NCBI GenBank assembly: GCA_963675525.2
Contig: CAXXSL010000016.1
Span: 960,001 to 1,024,000, forward strand
Direction of reading: 5' to 3'
DNA length: 64,000 bases
DNA from: Anaerohalosphaeraceae bacterium
GTDB taxonomy: Bacteria; Planctomycetota; Phycisphaerae; Sedimentisphaerales; Anaerohalosphaeraceae
A model generated the notes under the pieces. The model made no database searches. It saw nothing but the letters and a program-made list of their open reading frames with translations, and had not been told where the DNA came from. The position numbers were made by a program, and so were the translations under genes. Shown piece after piece: positions 38,071 to 47,809 of this stretch (positions are counted from its first letter, which is position 1; each line of letters starts with the position of its first letter).

Positions 38071-38526
38071 ATGAAGAAAGCATTCACAATTATTGAGTTA
38101 ATGATTGTCATGGCGGTGATGGCGATTCTCGTCGGTATGGCTCTGCCAAGGTTTAAAGGGATGCAGCAGGAAGGCAATACCGCCAAAGCACAGGGCGAAC
38201 TTCGGACGCTCCAGACGGCCATGGAGTCTTATGCGATGCACAATGGCAATGTTTATCCCGCCAGCAGCACGACACCCTTTGACACCTATCTGGATGCGGC
38301 CGGTGTGGGAACCGGTCCCCAACTGATTAGTTCGGTAATGATGGATCCCTTCAGTCCCACTAATGAATACTACTATGTACGGGGAGCGGCGGGAACTTAC
38401 TATGCTTTCTGTTCCAGGGGACCGGATGGGGCAGCAGATGTGACGGCGGGAGAGGTAAACAACGGCGATCTGACAGCGGCTGAGATAGACGACGATATCG
38501 TTATTTCCAATGCGACGATGCCGTAG
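38071..38526 (+). CDS. Major pilin/pseudopilin (GspG/PilA-like)
   Basis: MKKAFTIIELMIVMAVMAIL; DPF...YY....SRGPDG. Confidence 0.85.
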   Translation: MKKAFTIIELMIVMAVMAILVGMALPRFKGMQQEGNTAKAQGELRTLQTAMESYAMHNGNVYPASSTTPFDTYLDAAGVGTGPQLISSVMMDPFSPTNEYYYVRGAAGTYYAFCSRGPDGAADVTAGEVNNGDLTAAEIDDDIVISNATMP

Positions 38527-38532
38527 TTTTTA

Positions 38533-38949
38533 GTGATAACAGAATGCGATAAAAAAACAAAGGCAGCTATTGTGCCCGCAGGTTCGCAGAAAAAAAAGGG
38601 ATTTACGCTCATTGAGCTGCTCATCGCCATTGTCCTGATTGTGACCGGATTGGTGACATTGATGGGAATTATGAGCGTTGCCATTGTTGCTGACGCGAGT
38701 CTTGAGTATCGGCTCACGGCGCTTCATCTTGCCAACGAAAAGATAGAACAACTGAAAGATGCGGCCTTTAGCAGTGTCACCGCCGGCACGGAGACCGGAA
38801 GTTCTGTCGGCTTCGATTGGCTGAGCCAACGTGTGGTCAGCGTCAATGAGCCTTACGGTCCGAACCTGCTGAAAGACGTAACGGTGACCGTAGAATGGGC
38901 AGAAAAAGGAAGTACACCAGTCAATCGCGGTGAATACATTCATTGCTAA
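38533..38949 (+). CDS. Minor pilin (PilV/GspI-like)
   Basis: KKGFTLIELLIAIVL; LANEKIEQLK; VTVTVEW. Confidence 0.8.
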   Translation: MITECDKKTKAAIVPAGSQKKKGFTLIELLIAIVLIVTGLVTLMGIMSVAIVADASLEYRLTALHLANEKIEQLKDAAFSSVTAGTETGSSVGFDWLSQRVVSVNEPYGPNLLKDVTVTVEWAEKGSTPVNRGEYIHC

Positions 38950-38963
38950 CCCTTGAGGCGCCG

Positions 38964-39536
38964 ATGATCGAAAACAGCCAACATGCGGATAATTGCAGGT
39001 GTAAAAGTGGTTTTACGCTGCTGGAAACCATTATTGTGGTTTCACTTCTTTCAGTGTTGGTCGCAGTCAGTGCCCACATATTTGTTGTGGGCCTGCGTGT
39101 TTGGAGTACCGGGAGTATGCGTACGGAGATTCGTGAGGATATCAGTTATGCGATGGACAAAACCGTTCGGGACTTAAAACAAGCGGCGAATGCCAGTCTC
39201 CAGCGGTATAACGCCATCGCTCATACGCTGCAATACGATGACCTGGCAGGGAACACCTATGTGTTGTATTTATATAACCCTGCAGATGCGTCGGTCGATT
39301 CTACGTACGGTGAAACCCTTTACAACTTACGGAAAGCCGATATAAACGGCGGGGACTCACCGGCCTCCGGAGACGGGATGTTAATTTTAAAAGACCTGGT
39401 ATCTCCGGATGCTGCGGCCCCGGCAACATCGTTGACCATCGATCCCGGCGGCACCCAAATCTCCCTCGACTTTGCCGTACAACGAAATGACGAAACCGTG
39501 GAAATCAGAACAACCGTCAGACCGAGAAATCTATGA
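38964..39536 (+). CDS. Minor pilin (PilW/GspJ-like)
   Basis: SGFTLLETIIVV; C-terminal TTVRPRN. Confidence 0.8.
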   Translation: MIENSQHADNCRCKSGFTLLETIIVVSLLSVLVAVSAHIFVVGLRVWSTGSMRTEIREDISYAMDKTVRDLKQAANASLQRYNAIAHTLQYDDLAGNTYVLYLYNPADASVDSTYGETLYNLRKADINGGDSPASGDGMLILKDLVSPDAAAPATSLTIDPGGTQISLDFAVQRNDETVEIRTTVRPRNL

Positions 39537-39950
39537 AAAACGCTCACGTTAATCATAAAATAAAAGGTTCCTGTGGTAACAAAGGAATGGCTTTGCTGTT
39601 CACAATGATTATCATGATGACCCTCTCTTCGGTTGTTGCGGCCTATCTCGGTTATGTTCAATTCAGCACACGAAGTACCGGCGCGCAAATATCAGACAGC
39701 CAGGCGATGTATCTGGCTGAGGCCGGGATTCATTATGGTATTTATCAACTGAAACTGAATTCGACGTGGATCGGTACACCCCTCTCCTGTCTCCTTAGGG
39801 GATGGGATTTTTTTCTACCAGCGTCATTGATTTGGGAGGAGGCAATCATCGACTAACCTCTACCGGAACTGTAAACGGCCAATTCCGCACTGCCCAGCAG
39901 GACGTCGATGCAGCGATTGCGCCCATTATTAATACCTGGAGCGAGCGATA
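39533..39950 (+). CDS. PilX-like minor pilin, frameshifted near 39785
   Basis: KGMALLFTMII...QAMYLAEAGI; continues in another frame as ...HRLTSTGTVNG...NTWSER*, ending just before the next ATG. Confidence 0.7.
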
Positions 39951-41558
39951 ATGAAAACTAATCCTTTTAAACTAAACACCTATTTCCTGCGGAAAAACCG
40001 ACGGATTGGCCTGGATATAGGAGACGGTTCTATCAAGTTAGTCGAATTGACCCGTCAGGGAGGAACGTTCGTTCTGTCGAAGCTTAAACTGCAGGAAATG
40101 GACTTCACTAAAGACAGAGACAAAAGTCAGTTAGAGGCATTAAAAAATCTGCTTCAGGACATCGATACACAAGACGCAATGATTAATGTGGTGATCAACT
40201 GCGCAAAAAGCTACACGAACATATCGCTTATTCCCTATATGCCTAATTCAGAAATCCTTCAGGCTCTCAAATGGGACATGAAAAACTTTTTATCGTTTCC
40301 GGTCGAAGAGGCCGCCATAGATTATGAAATTATTCAGGAAGTGACTGAGGGAGACGTTAGAAAACTTAAAATAGCTGTGGCCTGCTGCCCCCAGGAAACG
40401 GTTGACAGGAACCTTGCGTTGCTAAGGCAGGCAGGCATCATGCCTTCGGTATTTACACAATATGGTTTTGCCTTAAAAAATACGGTCTCCACTCTTTGTC
40501 CGGAAGCGAGTAAAACGACTGCGGTTTTAGACATTGGCCATCGTTTCAGCGGACTTTTGATTTTTCATGACAAGAAACTCTTATTCAGCCGGAAATTACC
40601 GGTAGGCGGTCAGGACTTCACGGAAGAGATGATGCAGTCGCTTGCCTCCGTTTCCGGCAAAGGCGAATTGTCGTTTGAAGAAGCGGAAAAGATGAAAAAA
40701 GAATACGGCATTGTCGACTCTGATGGTTCTGAAACACCAGAGGGAGAGGTCGGCGGCGCACAGTTCCTTCAGCTTTTGCGTCCTAATTTAGAAAAGCTTT
40801 CAAAAGCGATCCATCGTTCGTTTGTCTATTATTGTGAAAAAGAACGAAATGAACCTGTCGAAACATTACTTTTGCTGGGCGGCGGCGGCAACCTTAAGAA
40901 TCTGACAAAGACTTTAAACGAGGCCCTGCACATTCCTGTCCGGAAAGGTGACCCGCTGACAGGATATCCATGCAGTGACTCTTCTTTACTTGTCCATGAG
41001 CCGGAAACGTTAAACCGATACGCCTCTGCTTTAGGTGCAGCGCTGGCTCCACGCAACAGCATCAACCTGTTACCCATAGAAATAAAGAAGAAGACCGGGT
41101 TGTTGATTAAGCGATCTTCAATTAAAGCGTTGGTTACAGCCGTTGGCGTCATCCTGGTTTTGGTATATATAGGCATGAGGATCAAGCTGGATAATTATGA
41201 AAAACGTATTGCTGCTGCGAACATGGAACTGACGGCGTTGTCCCCTCAGATAGAAGAAATACCCACCCGGATTTTTGTTCAGGACCTCTTAACACAACGA
41301 CCCTACTGGAGCGATGCGTTGAAAGAGACATCAAATCTCATTCCCGAGCAGATTCGTTTAACAGAAATAAACGCCCAGCAAAATACGCTGACTCTAAAAG
41401 GTGAAATTAAAACGCCGGACCAGGTTCGAAAGAATTTCCTTACTGAATTTATCTATACATTAGAACAAGGCATTTTCAAGGAAGTGGACTTGATATCCGC
41501 ACAGAATGGATCAGAAAACAAGCTCAATACATTTGAACTGAGGCTGAGGCTTGAATGA
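39951..41558 (+). CDS. pilM: PilM-PilN fusion protein
   Basis: IGLDIGDGSIKLVEL, VLDIGH, LLGGGGNL, then INLLP plus TM and a PilN-like periplasmic domain. Confidence 0.85.
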   Translation: MKTNPFKLNTYFLRKNRRIGLDIGDGSIKLVELTRQGGTFVLSKLKLQEMDFTKDRDKSQLEALKNLLQDIDTQDAMINVVINCAKSYTNISLIPYMPNSEILQALKWDMKNFLSFPVEEAAIDYEIIQEVTEGDVRKLKIAVACCPQETVDRNLALLRQAGIMPSVFTQYGFALKNTVSTLCPEASKTTAVLDIGHRFSGLLIFHDKKLLFSRKLPVGGQDFTEEMMQSLASVSGKGELSFEEAEKMKKEYGIVDSDGSETPEGEVGGAQFLQLLRPNLEKLSKAIHRSFVYYCEKERNEPVETLLLLGGGGNLKNLTKTLNEALHIPVRKGDPLTGYPCSDSSLLVHEPETLNRYASALGAALAPRNSINLLPIEIKKKTGLLIKRSSIKALVTAVGVILVLVYIGMRIKLDNYEKRIAAANMELTALSPQIEEIPTRIFVQDLLTQRPYWSDALKETSNLIPEQIRLTEINAQQNTLTLKGEIKTPDQVRKNFLTEFIYTLEQGIFKEVDLISAQNGSENKLNTFELRLRLE

Positions 41559-42115
41559 AAAATCAAATAAACGATAAAATCGCTCAATTAAAAGAACGCC
41601 TCGGGCCTTCCAATGTGCGGACGGCTCTGATTGCCTGCTGCGTCCTGCCCTGCCTGATTTTTATAATCTTTGGGCACAAGCCATTGATAGACAAGCTAAA
41701 AGATGCGTCAAACAGACTTCAGGAAGTGGAAACCGAGCTGTTGGAACAGCACCGTGCTATTGCCGCACTGAAAAAGATTGATATGAAAGATAAGGTGATA
41801 CAACAAAATGAGATTCCTCTGGCAATCGATGAGTTGATTGAAAAAGGACGGGAGTTTGGACTCCAGTTTCGTTCTATTTCACCAAGCCCGCTGCGGAAGA
41901 CAGCACAGCCATGCATCTGGATGTTGCCCGTCAGTTTTGTTATAGAATCAGGATATAAAAATTTAGGTCAATTTCTGGATTACATTGAAACGTCTTCTCG
42001 CAACATTGCTGTGGCAGAAAGCTTATCTATTAACCCGAAAGGGGAAAATCTGTCACGATTAAGTGTGGGACTTGTAATTAACCTGTATGTGGAAAGAAAA
42101 AATGAAACAAAATAA
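41555..42115 (+). CDS. PilO-like protein
   Basis: TM plus coiled coil; GYKNLGQFLDYIE; position after PilM/N. Confidence 0.75.
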   Translation: MKNQINDKIAQLKERLGPSNVRTALIACCVLPCLIFIIFGHKPLIDKLKDASNRLQEVETELLEQHRAIAALKKIDMKDKVIQQNEIPLAIDELIEKGREFGLQFRSISPSPLRKTAQPCIWMLPVSFVIESGYKNLGQFLDYIETSSRNIAVAESLSINPKGENLSRLSVGLVINLYVERKNETK

Positions 42116-42539
42116 TAAAATCATCATGCTGGGAGTATTGGTAATTATTGTTGTCTTTACATGGATGCCGAAGGGCATCAAGCCCGCAACGGCTTCAGCT
42201 GATACATCCGAGGCAGATACGTCAGAGGCAGACGCCCTTGAACAGGAAATGCCTATAATGACAGCGGCGCCGGCAAAGAGAACTGAATTTGTGGATTGGG
42301 GAAGGGATCCCTTTGTTTTCTCGCAAGCAGAAAATTCAGACGATTCGGGCGATATATCTGCTTTGTCACTTCGTGCGATTATGTGGGAAGCTGAAAAACC
42401 GTCGGCATTTATAAATGATTCAGTCGTCGTTGTTGGTGACAGAATTATTGATAAGATGGTTAAAAAGATTGAAAAAAATAGAGTGATTCTAACCGACCAG
42501 ACAAAGGACTATATATTGGAACTACAAAAAGAATGGTGA
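42102..42539 (+). CDS. PilP/GspC-like accessory protein
   Basis: WGRDPF...LRAIMW....AFIND.VV.VGD.I....VKKI....V.L. Confidence 0.7.
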   Translation: MKQNNKIIMLGVLVIIVVFTWMPKGIKPATASADTSEADTSEADALEQEMPIMTAAPAKRTEFVDWGRDPFVFSQAENSDDSGDISALSLRAIMWEAEKPSAFINDSVVVVGDRIIDKMVKKIEKNRVILTDQTKDYILELQKEW

Positions 42540-42613
42540 TGTAACACAAGTTTGATTCATGACGAAAGTCGAAAAGAAACAGAAACCCATAGAAGAAGGA
42601 CGGAGATAAATTT

Positions 42614-43492
42614 ATGAGCGATAAAACAACCCAAATTCCGCTGCCAGAAAACAACACGAATGACGCACAGTCCATTAGGGCACAGGAAAAAGATTACAAT
42701 GAACGAATGAGTCAGTTCGTTTCTCATGTTTCACATGACCTGCGTACACCGCTTTCAATTATACAGACGGCGATCAATCTTACTTTGGATGAAATGATCG
42801 GAACAATAACAGACGAACAGAGAGATGTTCTAACAACGGCAATGGACAGCTCGAAATGGCTTTCGGACATGATTCGTTCCTTGTCGATTATCACTAAGCT
42901 TGAATGCGGAAAGTTGCTTTTGAGTAAGAAAGATGTGGATATTTGTGAACTCATTGAAGAGACGGTTTCCGAATGCAAATCCCTTGCTCAGAAAAAAACA
43001 CTGTCCCTGGAGTGTGAACTTCCGGAACAGACTATTGACGTTTGTCTGGATCCCGAGCAAACAAAACTGGTCCTGACGAACCTGATTTCCAACAGCATTA
43101 AATTTACTCCCGAAGGAGGCCAGATTAAAGTCACGTGCCTGAGGCAAGATGAAGAGGTTCAGTTCAGTGTTCAGGATTCGGGTGTTGGCATTGCAACAGA
43201 AGATATGGTAAAGTTGTTTGAAAAATTTGCCAAATTCAGCAAAAAGCCGGGGTCGGAAGTTAAAGGAGCTGGTTTGGGACTTGCGATTGTAAAAAAGCTG
43301 GTTGAAATGCATGATGGCAGAATAAATGTTGAAAGTGAAATTGACCAAGGTGCAACCTTCACGGTCTCGCTGCCATTGACTTGTATGGCCGAAGTAGAAA
43401 ATTTGTCTGGAGAAATTTCTCTCACGGACCGCACGGTGCTACTTCGCCGCGCAGGAACGGAAAATTTCGATTGTAATCTAAAACAATCTTGA
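42614..43492 (+). CDS. Soluble histidine kinase (HisKA + HATPase_c)
   Basis: SHDLRTPL, NLISNSIKFT, DSGVGI, GAGLGLAI, GATF; no TM or sensor domain. Confidence 0.92.
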   Translation: MSDKTTQIPLPENNTNDAQSIRAQEKDYNERMSQFVSHVSHDLRTPLSIIQTAINLTLDEMIGTITDEQRDVLTTAMDSSKWLSDMIRSLSIITKLECGKLLLSKKDVDICELIEETVSECKSLAQKKTLSLECELPEQTIDVCLDPEQTKLVLTNLISNSIKFTPEGGQIKVTCLRQDEEVQFSVQDSGVGIATEDMVKLFEKFAKFSKKPGSEVKGAGLGLAIVKKLVEMHDGRINVESEIDQGATFTVSLPLTCMAEVENLSGEISLTDRTVLLRRAGTENFDCNLKQS

Positions 43493-43519
43493 ACAGAATT
43501 CAAATGCATACTGGATATT

Positions 43520-44629
43520 CTAAACCATGTATTTCCTACTGTTTCCAATAACCTTATCCGTTTGTTTAGAAACATCCTGTACATAGCGTGTGGCCATTAG
43601 CAAATTTGCATGCCCAAGAAGCCGCTGGACTGCAAAAGGATCACCCGACCGAGCAGCCATGGTGGCGGCTGTTCTTCGAAGCGTGTAAAAGCCAGTTCCT
43701 TTGGGGACATCAAGGCCCGCGTTTTTTATCATTTTGGAAAATTTTGTTGCAATCGAATTTATCGGAGAATATTTCTCATAACCATTGGCATCAATTTTCA
43801 AAACATTACGAACAAACGGATTTCCTCTGGCAGTATAGAACACCAGCTTACCTTTCTTAGGAACTGCCCTGAGTGCCTCGATTGTTTCAGGCCACAAGGG
43901 CAAATCTCTTGCAACACCAGTCTTTCCTCTGGGAAAAACTACACGGCCATTGACAAGATCGAAGTGTTTCCACTGAAGTTCGGAACAATCCGTACATCCG
44001 AAACCACAGTTTAATCCGAGCCAGATCATGGCTTTCATTTGTGTATCAGCAACTGCGAGCAATTTATTGATTTCCTCATGGGTGAAAATTCTGCGTTGTT
44101 TATTGATGATCTTGCTTCTGCTGACGGCGTCAACATTTGGTATTTGTTTCAATATATCATTTTTCTTTGCCCAGTGAAATAAAGTTTTCAAGTTGCTGAT
44201 ATGTAAATTCAACCGATGACCGGAACGATTGTATTGCTTCTGAAGTTTTCGCTTGTAATTTTGTAAATCGATGGTTGAGATATCTTTGATTCTACGGCCA
44301 TGACCGAGAAATGCCATTAACTTATTCAAACTGCCTATCTGATCATTATAATGTCGAGCGGTGATGGCATTTGCCTGCACCTTGGACAATTGGTATTTCA
44401 AAAACAGCTCACACAGCTGCTTCAGTGTCATTGAATCATTGGCCGGTTTTTGAGAATTATCATTGCTTCCATGCAAATACGCCGCTTGGTCAATATATCG
44501 TTGAAGTGCTTCCTTTTTGTCTGAACCAAAATAGTACATCTTACCTTTGATCTTTTTACAATACTGTCCCGTTGAATGCCGCGTCAACGGAAATTTATCA
44601 GAACGAGTTTTTCTTTTAACAGGTTTCAT
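43520..44629 (-). CDS. Tyrosine recombinase/integrase (planctomycete type)
   Basis: FPLT.H.TGQYCKKIKGK.YYFG N-terminus; RGKTG; FYTLRR; LLGHA; TRY. Confidence 0.85.
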   Translation of the reverse strand: MKPVKRKTRSDKFPLTRHSTGQYCKKIKGKMYYFGSDKKEALQRYIDQAAYLHGSNDNSQKPANDSMTLKQLCELFLKYQLSKVQANAITARHYNDQIGSLNKLMAFLGHGRRIKDISTIDLQNYKRKLQKQYNRSGHRLNLHISNLKTLFHWAKKNDILKQIPNVDAVSRSKIINKQRRIFTHEEINKLLAVADTQMKAMIWLGLNCGFGCTDCSELQWKHFDLVNGRVVFPRGKTGVARDLPLWPETIEALRAVPKKGKLVFYTARGNPFVRNVLKIDANGYEKYSPINSIATKFSKMIKNAGLDVPKGTGFYTLRRTAATMAARSGDPFAVQRLLGHANLLMATRYVQDVSKQTDKVIGNSRKYMV

Positions 44630-44865
44630 GGCTCTGCCCTCACATTCAAAATGGGTTTCAATTTTTTCGATAATAGCCATTTAGATGTAAGAATGGTTGT
44701 ATTTCAGAAATGGACCACGAAGTTCGTCAATCACAACCAGCCAACTTACATCAGCTTATGATTATTATACGCCAAAGAGGGCAGAAGGTTATTAAAGCCG
44801 TTTGACTCCAAGAAAATGGTTTACCCTCAGTATCCCTAAACCCCGGGCCTCAGCCAACAGTTGAA

Positions 44866-44949
44866 TAAAAAATCCGCCTGTGGGCAGAAGGAGGAAGGGA
44901 AACAGGTGATGTTCCCCAAGGACTAACCACAGGCGGCAGAAGGAGCTTT
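44866..44949 (-). ncRNA. Candidate ~85 nt small RNA or attenuator leader with intrinsic terminator
   Basis: Lies downstream of a consensus promoter; stem CCGCCTGTGG/CCACAGGCGG followed by T6 on the minus strand. Confidence 0.45.
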
Positions 44950-44955
44950 GGATGT

Positions 44956-44984
44956 ATTATACTGCAAACTTATACCGAATTCAA
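44956..44984 (-). promoter_or_regulatory. Sigma70-type promoter
   Basis: TTGAAT-N17-TATAAT on the minus strand. Confidence 0.65.
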
Positions 44985-45082
44985 GTATGAGCGGCATGTC
45001 TTTTTTGTTTTCATAATTACAGTCGATATAAATGGTGATTTTGCTATAATCGCCTCTGATGGCAATATTCTATTTAGGGTGA

Positions 45083-45143
45083 TAAAATGCAGACTCGACC
45101 TTGGACGATGCTGCTGATGATACTGGCAGGATGGCTAAACAGA
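45083..45143 (+). repeat. ~60 bp direct repeat A, resembling the 5' end of an integrase-core transposase gene
   Basis: Encodes MQTRPWTMLLMILAGWLNR; near-identical copy at 46454-46514. Confidence 0.8.
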
Positions 45144-45167
45144 TTAGGAAAACACAAAGAGATTATC

Positions 45168-46436
45168 ATGAAAAAACTCACAAAATGCCTTTTATTCTTT
45201 ATTACTATAACAACTCCATTATTGGGAAATGAAACTAATTGGTCACGGTGGCGTGGTCCGCATAATACTGGCAGTATTGCTTCTGGAGCATATCCCATTA
45301 AGTGGGATTTGGAATCAGACCAGGTGATCTGGAAAATTGATATCCCAGGCAAGGGTTTTTCTACACCGATTGTTTGGAATCAGACAATCTACTTGACAAC
45401 GGGCACAGAAGGCTTAGATACAGTACTCGCCTTCGATTGGTCGGGCCATCAGGTTTGGAAAAAGCAACTGGGTCCAGAAACAGAAGGAAAACATAAAAAT
45501 GGATCAGGCAGCAACCCTTCAGCAGTAACCGATGGAAAGGCAGTTTTTGTCTTTTTTAAAAGCGGCAATTTTGCTGCTATTGACCTTGATGGATCAATCC
45601 GTTGGCAAGCTAATCTTTTCGAACGTTACGGTAAAGACGAACGTTATTGGGATTTTGGGACTTCCCCTGTATTGACAAAGAAGTATGTCGTGATCGTTGA
45701 AATGCATGACGGGGAATCCTGGCTAGCTGCTTTTGACAAAGTCACGGGCGAATTAAAATGGATGGTCTCACGCAACTATGAAACACCGCGAGAAGGCAGC
45801 CAGGGATACACAACGCCTATTGTTTTTTCGCATAATGGAATTGAGGCACTGTTAATATGGGGCGGCCAGCATCTTACAGCTCATGATGCAGTTGATGGTA
45901 AAACTATCTGGTCGTGCGGCAATTTTAATCCAAAAGAAACACCAAACTGGCCGGTTGTAGCATCGCCTGTGATTTCTGGAGAAATCGCCGTCGTGCCTTA
46001 CGGCCGTGCAGACCGCGGTCAACCTCGTCTGCACGGAATCAAGCTAGGTGAAAGCGGAGATGTTACAGAAACGCACCGTTTATGGAAGCGAGATGATATA
46101 GGTTCTTTTATACCAACACCCGTAGAATACAAAGGGCGAGTTTACTTGATTAGTGACCGTGGTGAAATCAACTGCATTAATCCTTTGACAGGTGAGGATG
46201 TTTGGAGTGGAACCTTTCCAAAAGGGAAAGGCAATTTCTACTCGTCACCTTTGATTGCTGGTGATCACCTCTATGCTGCTCGAGAAGATGGAATAATCTT
46301 TGTTATAAAATTAGAAGATAAATTTGAAATCATTTCAGAAATCAACATGAAAGATAGAATTATCGCATCACCGATTGCAATTTCTGGTCGTCTTTTGATC
46401 CGAACGAATAGTCATCTTTTCTGTATTGGAAATTAA
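45168..46436 (+). CDS. PQQ-like beta-propeller protein (BamB-like, planctomycete type)
   Basis: Signal peptide, NWSRWRGP, GFSTPIV and repeated SP...W motifs; start taken at ATG 45168. Confidence 0.88.
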   Translation: MKKLTKCLLFFITITTPLLGNETNWSRWRGPHNTGSIASGAYPIKWDLESDQVIWKIDIPGKGFSTPIVWNQTIYLTTGTEGLDTVLAFDWSGHQVWKKQLGPETEGKHKNGSGSNPSAVTDGKAVFVFFKSGNFAAIDLDGSIRWQANLFERYGKDERYWDFGTSPVLTKKYVVIVEMHDGESWLAAFDKVTGELKWMVSRNYETPREGSQGYTTPIVFSHNGIEALLIWGGQHLTAHDAVDGKTIWSCGNFNPKETPNWPVVASPVISGEIAVVPYGRADRGQPRLHGIKLGESGDVTETHRLWKRDDIGSFIPTPVEYKGRVYLISDRGEINCINPLTGEDVWSGTFPKGKGNFYSSPLIAGDHLYAAREDGIIFVIKLEDKFEIISEINMKDRIIASPIAISGRLLIRTNSHLFCIGN

Positions 46437-46453
46437 CATATTAACTAAGGAAT

Positions 46454-46514
46454 TAAAATGTAAACTCGACCTTGGACGATGCTGCTGATGATGTTGACAG
46501 GATGGATAAACAGA
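46454..46514 (+). repeat. ~60 bp direct repeat B
   Basis: TAAAATGTAAACTCGACCTTGGACGATGCTGCTGATGATGTTGACAGGATGGATAAACAGA. Confidence 0.8.
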
Positions 46515-46723
46515 CATCAGGGTCGGATTCGACAAGGTTCTGTCCAAAGATGATGATTGTAAGTAACAGGACAGGGGAAAAACCGTATATTTATGGAATT
46601 TTGAGGAAAACCGGGCATGGAATGGATTTTTCTTGACCTTGCAGTATCGAATTTTGTAAATTGTAGATGTTTTAAGGAGTCAATCGATTTTTTTACCGTG
46701 TAAATGAGAAATGTCAGTTAGAT

Positions 46724-47809
46724 ATGACTATTGTTGAAGGACAAATAGAGCCTCTTAAAAAATTGAAGGAGGCCTTAAGCAGGAGCGGTATAACAAGATT
46801 CAATTCTATCGGTGAAATAGATCGTTTTATTAAGAACTATGAGACGGAAAAACAACAGCTGCCTAGTCTTATTGAGAGTGCACTAGAGGCAGAAATACAA
46901 GCTATGCATGCTACCCTTACTCGGCACCAACAGATCTACGAAGAATTAAAAGCAGGTATCCGAAATGAAATAACGCAAAAGGCTCAAGAACTGGAAGTTG
47001 AAACAAGGAAGGCTAAAGACAAGAGCAAAAGGAACTTGTTTTATAGAATTGTCTATTTTCTAAAGATCAAAAATTTGTCCCGTAGGAGGTCGAACCTAGA
47101 AAAGAACCTCGAAAGCATCATCAAAGAGAAAACAAGTAATGCAGAAGATAAGGTAGCTAAACTAGAGATTGAAATCGCCGATTGCTTGGAGAGCAAAAGA
47201 AAAAATATTTCGGAGCGTTGCAAGGAATCTTTTGAAGATCTGGCTTATACGAAGGAAGTTATTGATGGGCTTTATACACTAATTGCTGGGGCAATCGGAG
47301 AAAGTTCTGTTGTAAAAGCTCTTCAACAACTATCAGATGATTTTTACCTATTTAATGATTTTTCATTAAATTTTGATCCGCCCATATATAACAAGAATGA
47401 AGATGACAGAATATTTAGCATTCAAATAGACCATCTACTTGTTTGCCAATCTGGGGTGTTTCTTCTCGAAACAAAAAATTGGAGTAGGAGATCAATAGAA
47501 AACCTTGACCTGAGATCACCAGTCAAGCAGATTTTAAGAACTAGCTATGCGTTATTTGTATTGCTAAATAGCGATTCAAAATTTAATGATATCGAGCTTG
47601 AATGCCATCATTGGGGTCCCAAGAAAATACCAATACGAAATGTTATCGTTATGACCAATGAAAAACCTAAAGAAGAATTCAAACATGTAAAAATTTTATC
47701 TCTAAGCGAGTTAAACGGTTACATTCAATATTTTGAGCAATTGTTTAGTGGTAAAGAAGTTAAAAGCATCTTCGAATACTTAAAAAATAGAAAGAATATA
47801 AACCCATAA
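46724..47809 (+). CDS. NERD (nuclease-related) domain protein with N-terminal coiled coil
   Basis: GAIGE..V...L..L.DD..LFND...QIDHLLV..SGVFLLETKNWS...SPVKQ. Confidence 0.88.
   Translation: MTIVEGQIEPLKKLKEALSRSGITRFNSIGEIDRFIKNYETEKQQLPSLIESALEAEIQAMHATLTRHQQIYEELKAGIRNEITQKAQELEVETRKAKDKSKRNLFYRIVYFLKIKNLSRRRSNLEKNLESIIKEKTSNAEDKVAKLEIEIADCLESKRKNISERCKESFEDLAYTKEVIDGLYTLIAGAIGESSVVKALQQLSDDFYLFNDFSLNFDPPIYNKNEDDRIFSIQIDHLLVCQSGVFLLETKNWSRRSIENLDLRSPVKQILRTSYALFVLLNSDSKFNDIELECHHWGPKKIPIRNVIVMTNEKPKEEFKHVKILSLSELNGYIQYFEQLFSGKEVKSIFEYLKNRKNINP

Noticed and set aside
42198..42235. ADTSE tandem micro-repeat
   Set aside because: Ordinary low-complexity linker duplication.
45087..45167. N-terminal extension of the PQQ-propeller ORF
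   Set aside because: Derives from the repeated transposase-start fragment; ATG 45168 gives a normal signal peptide.
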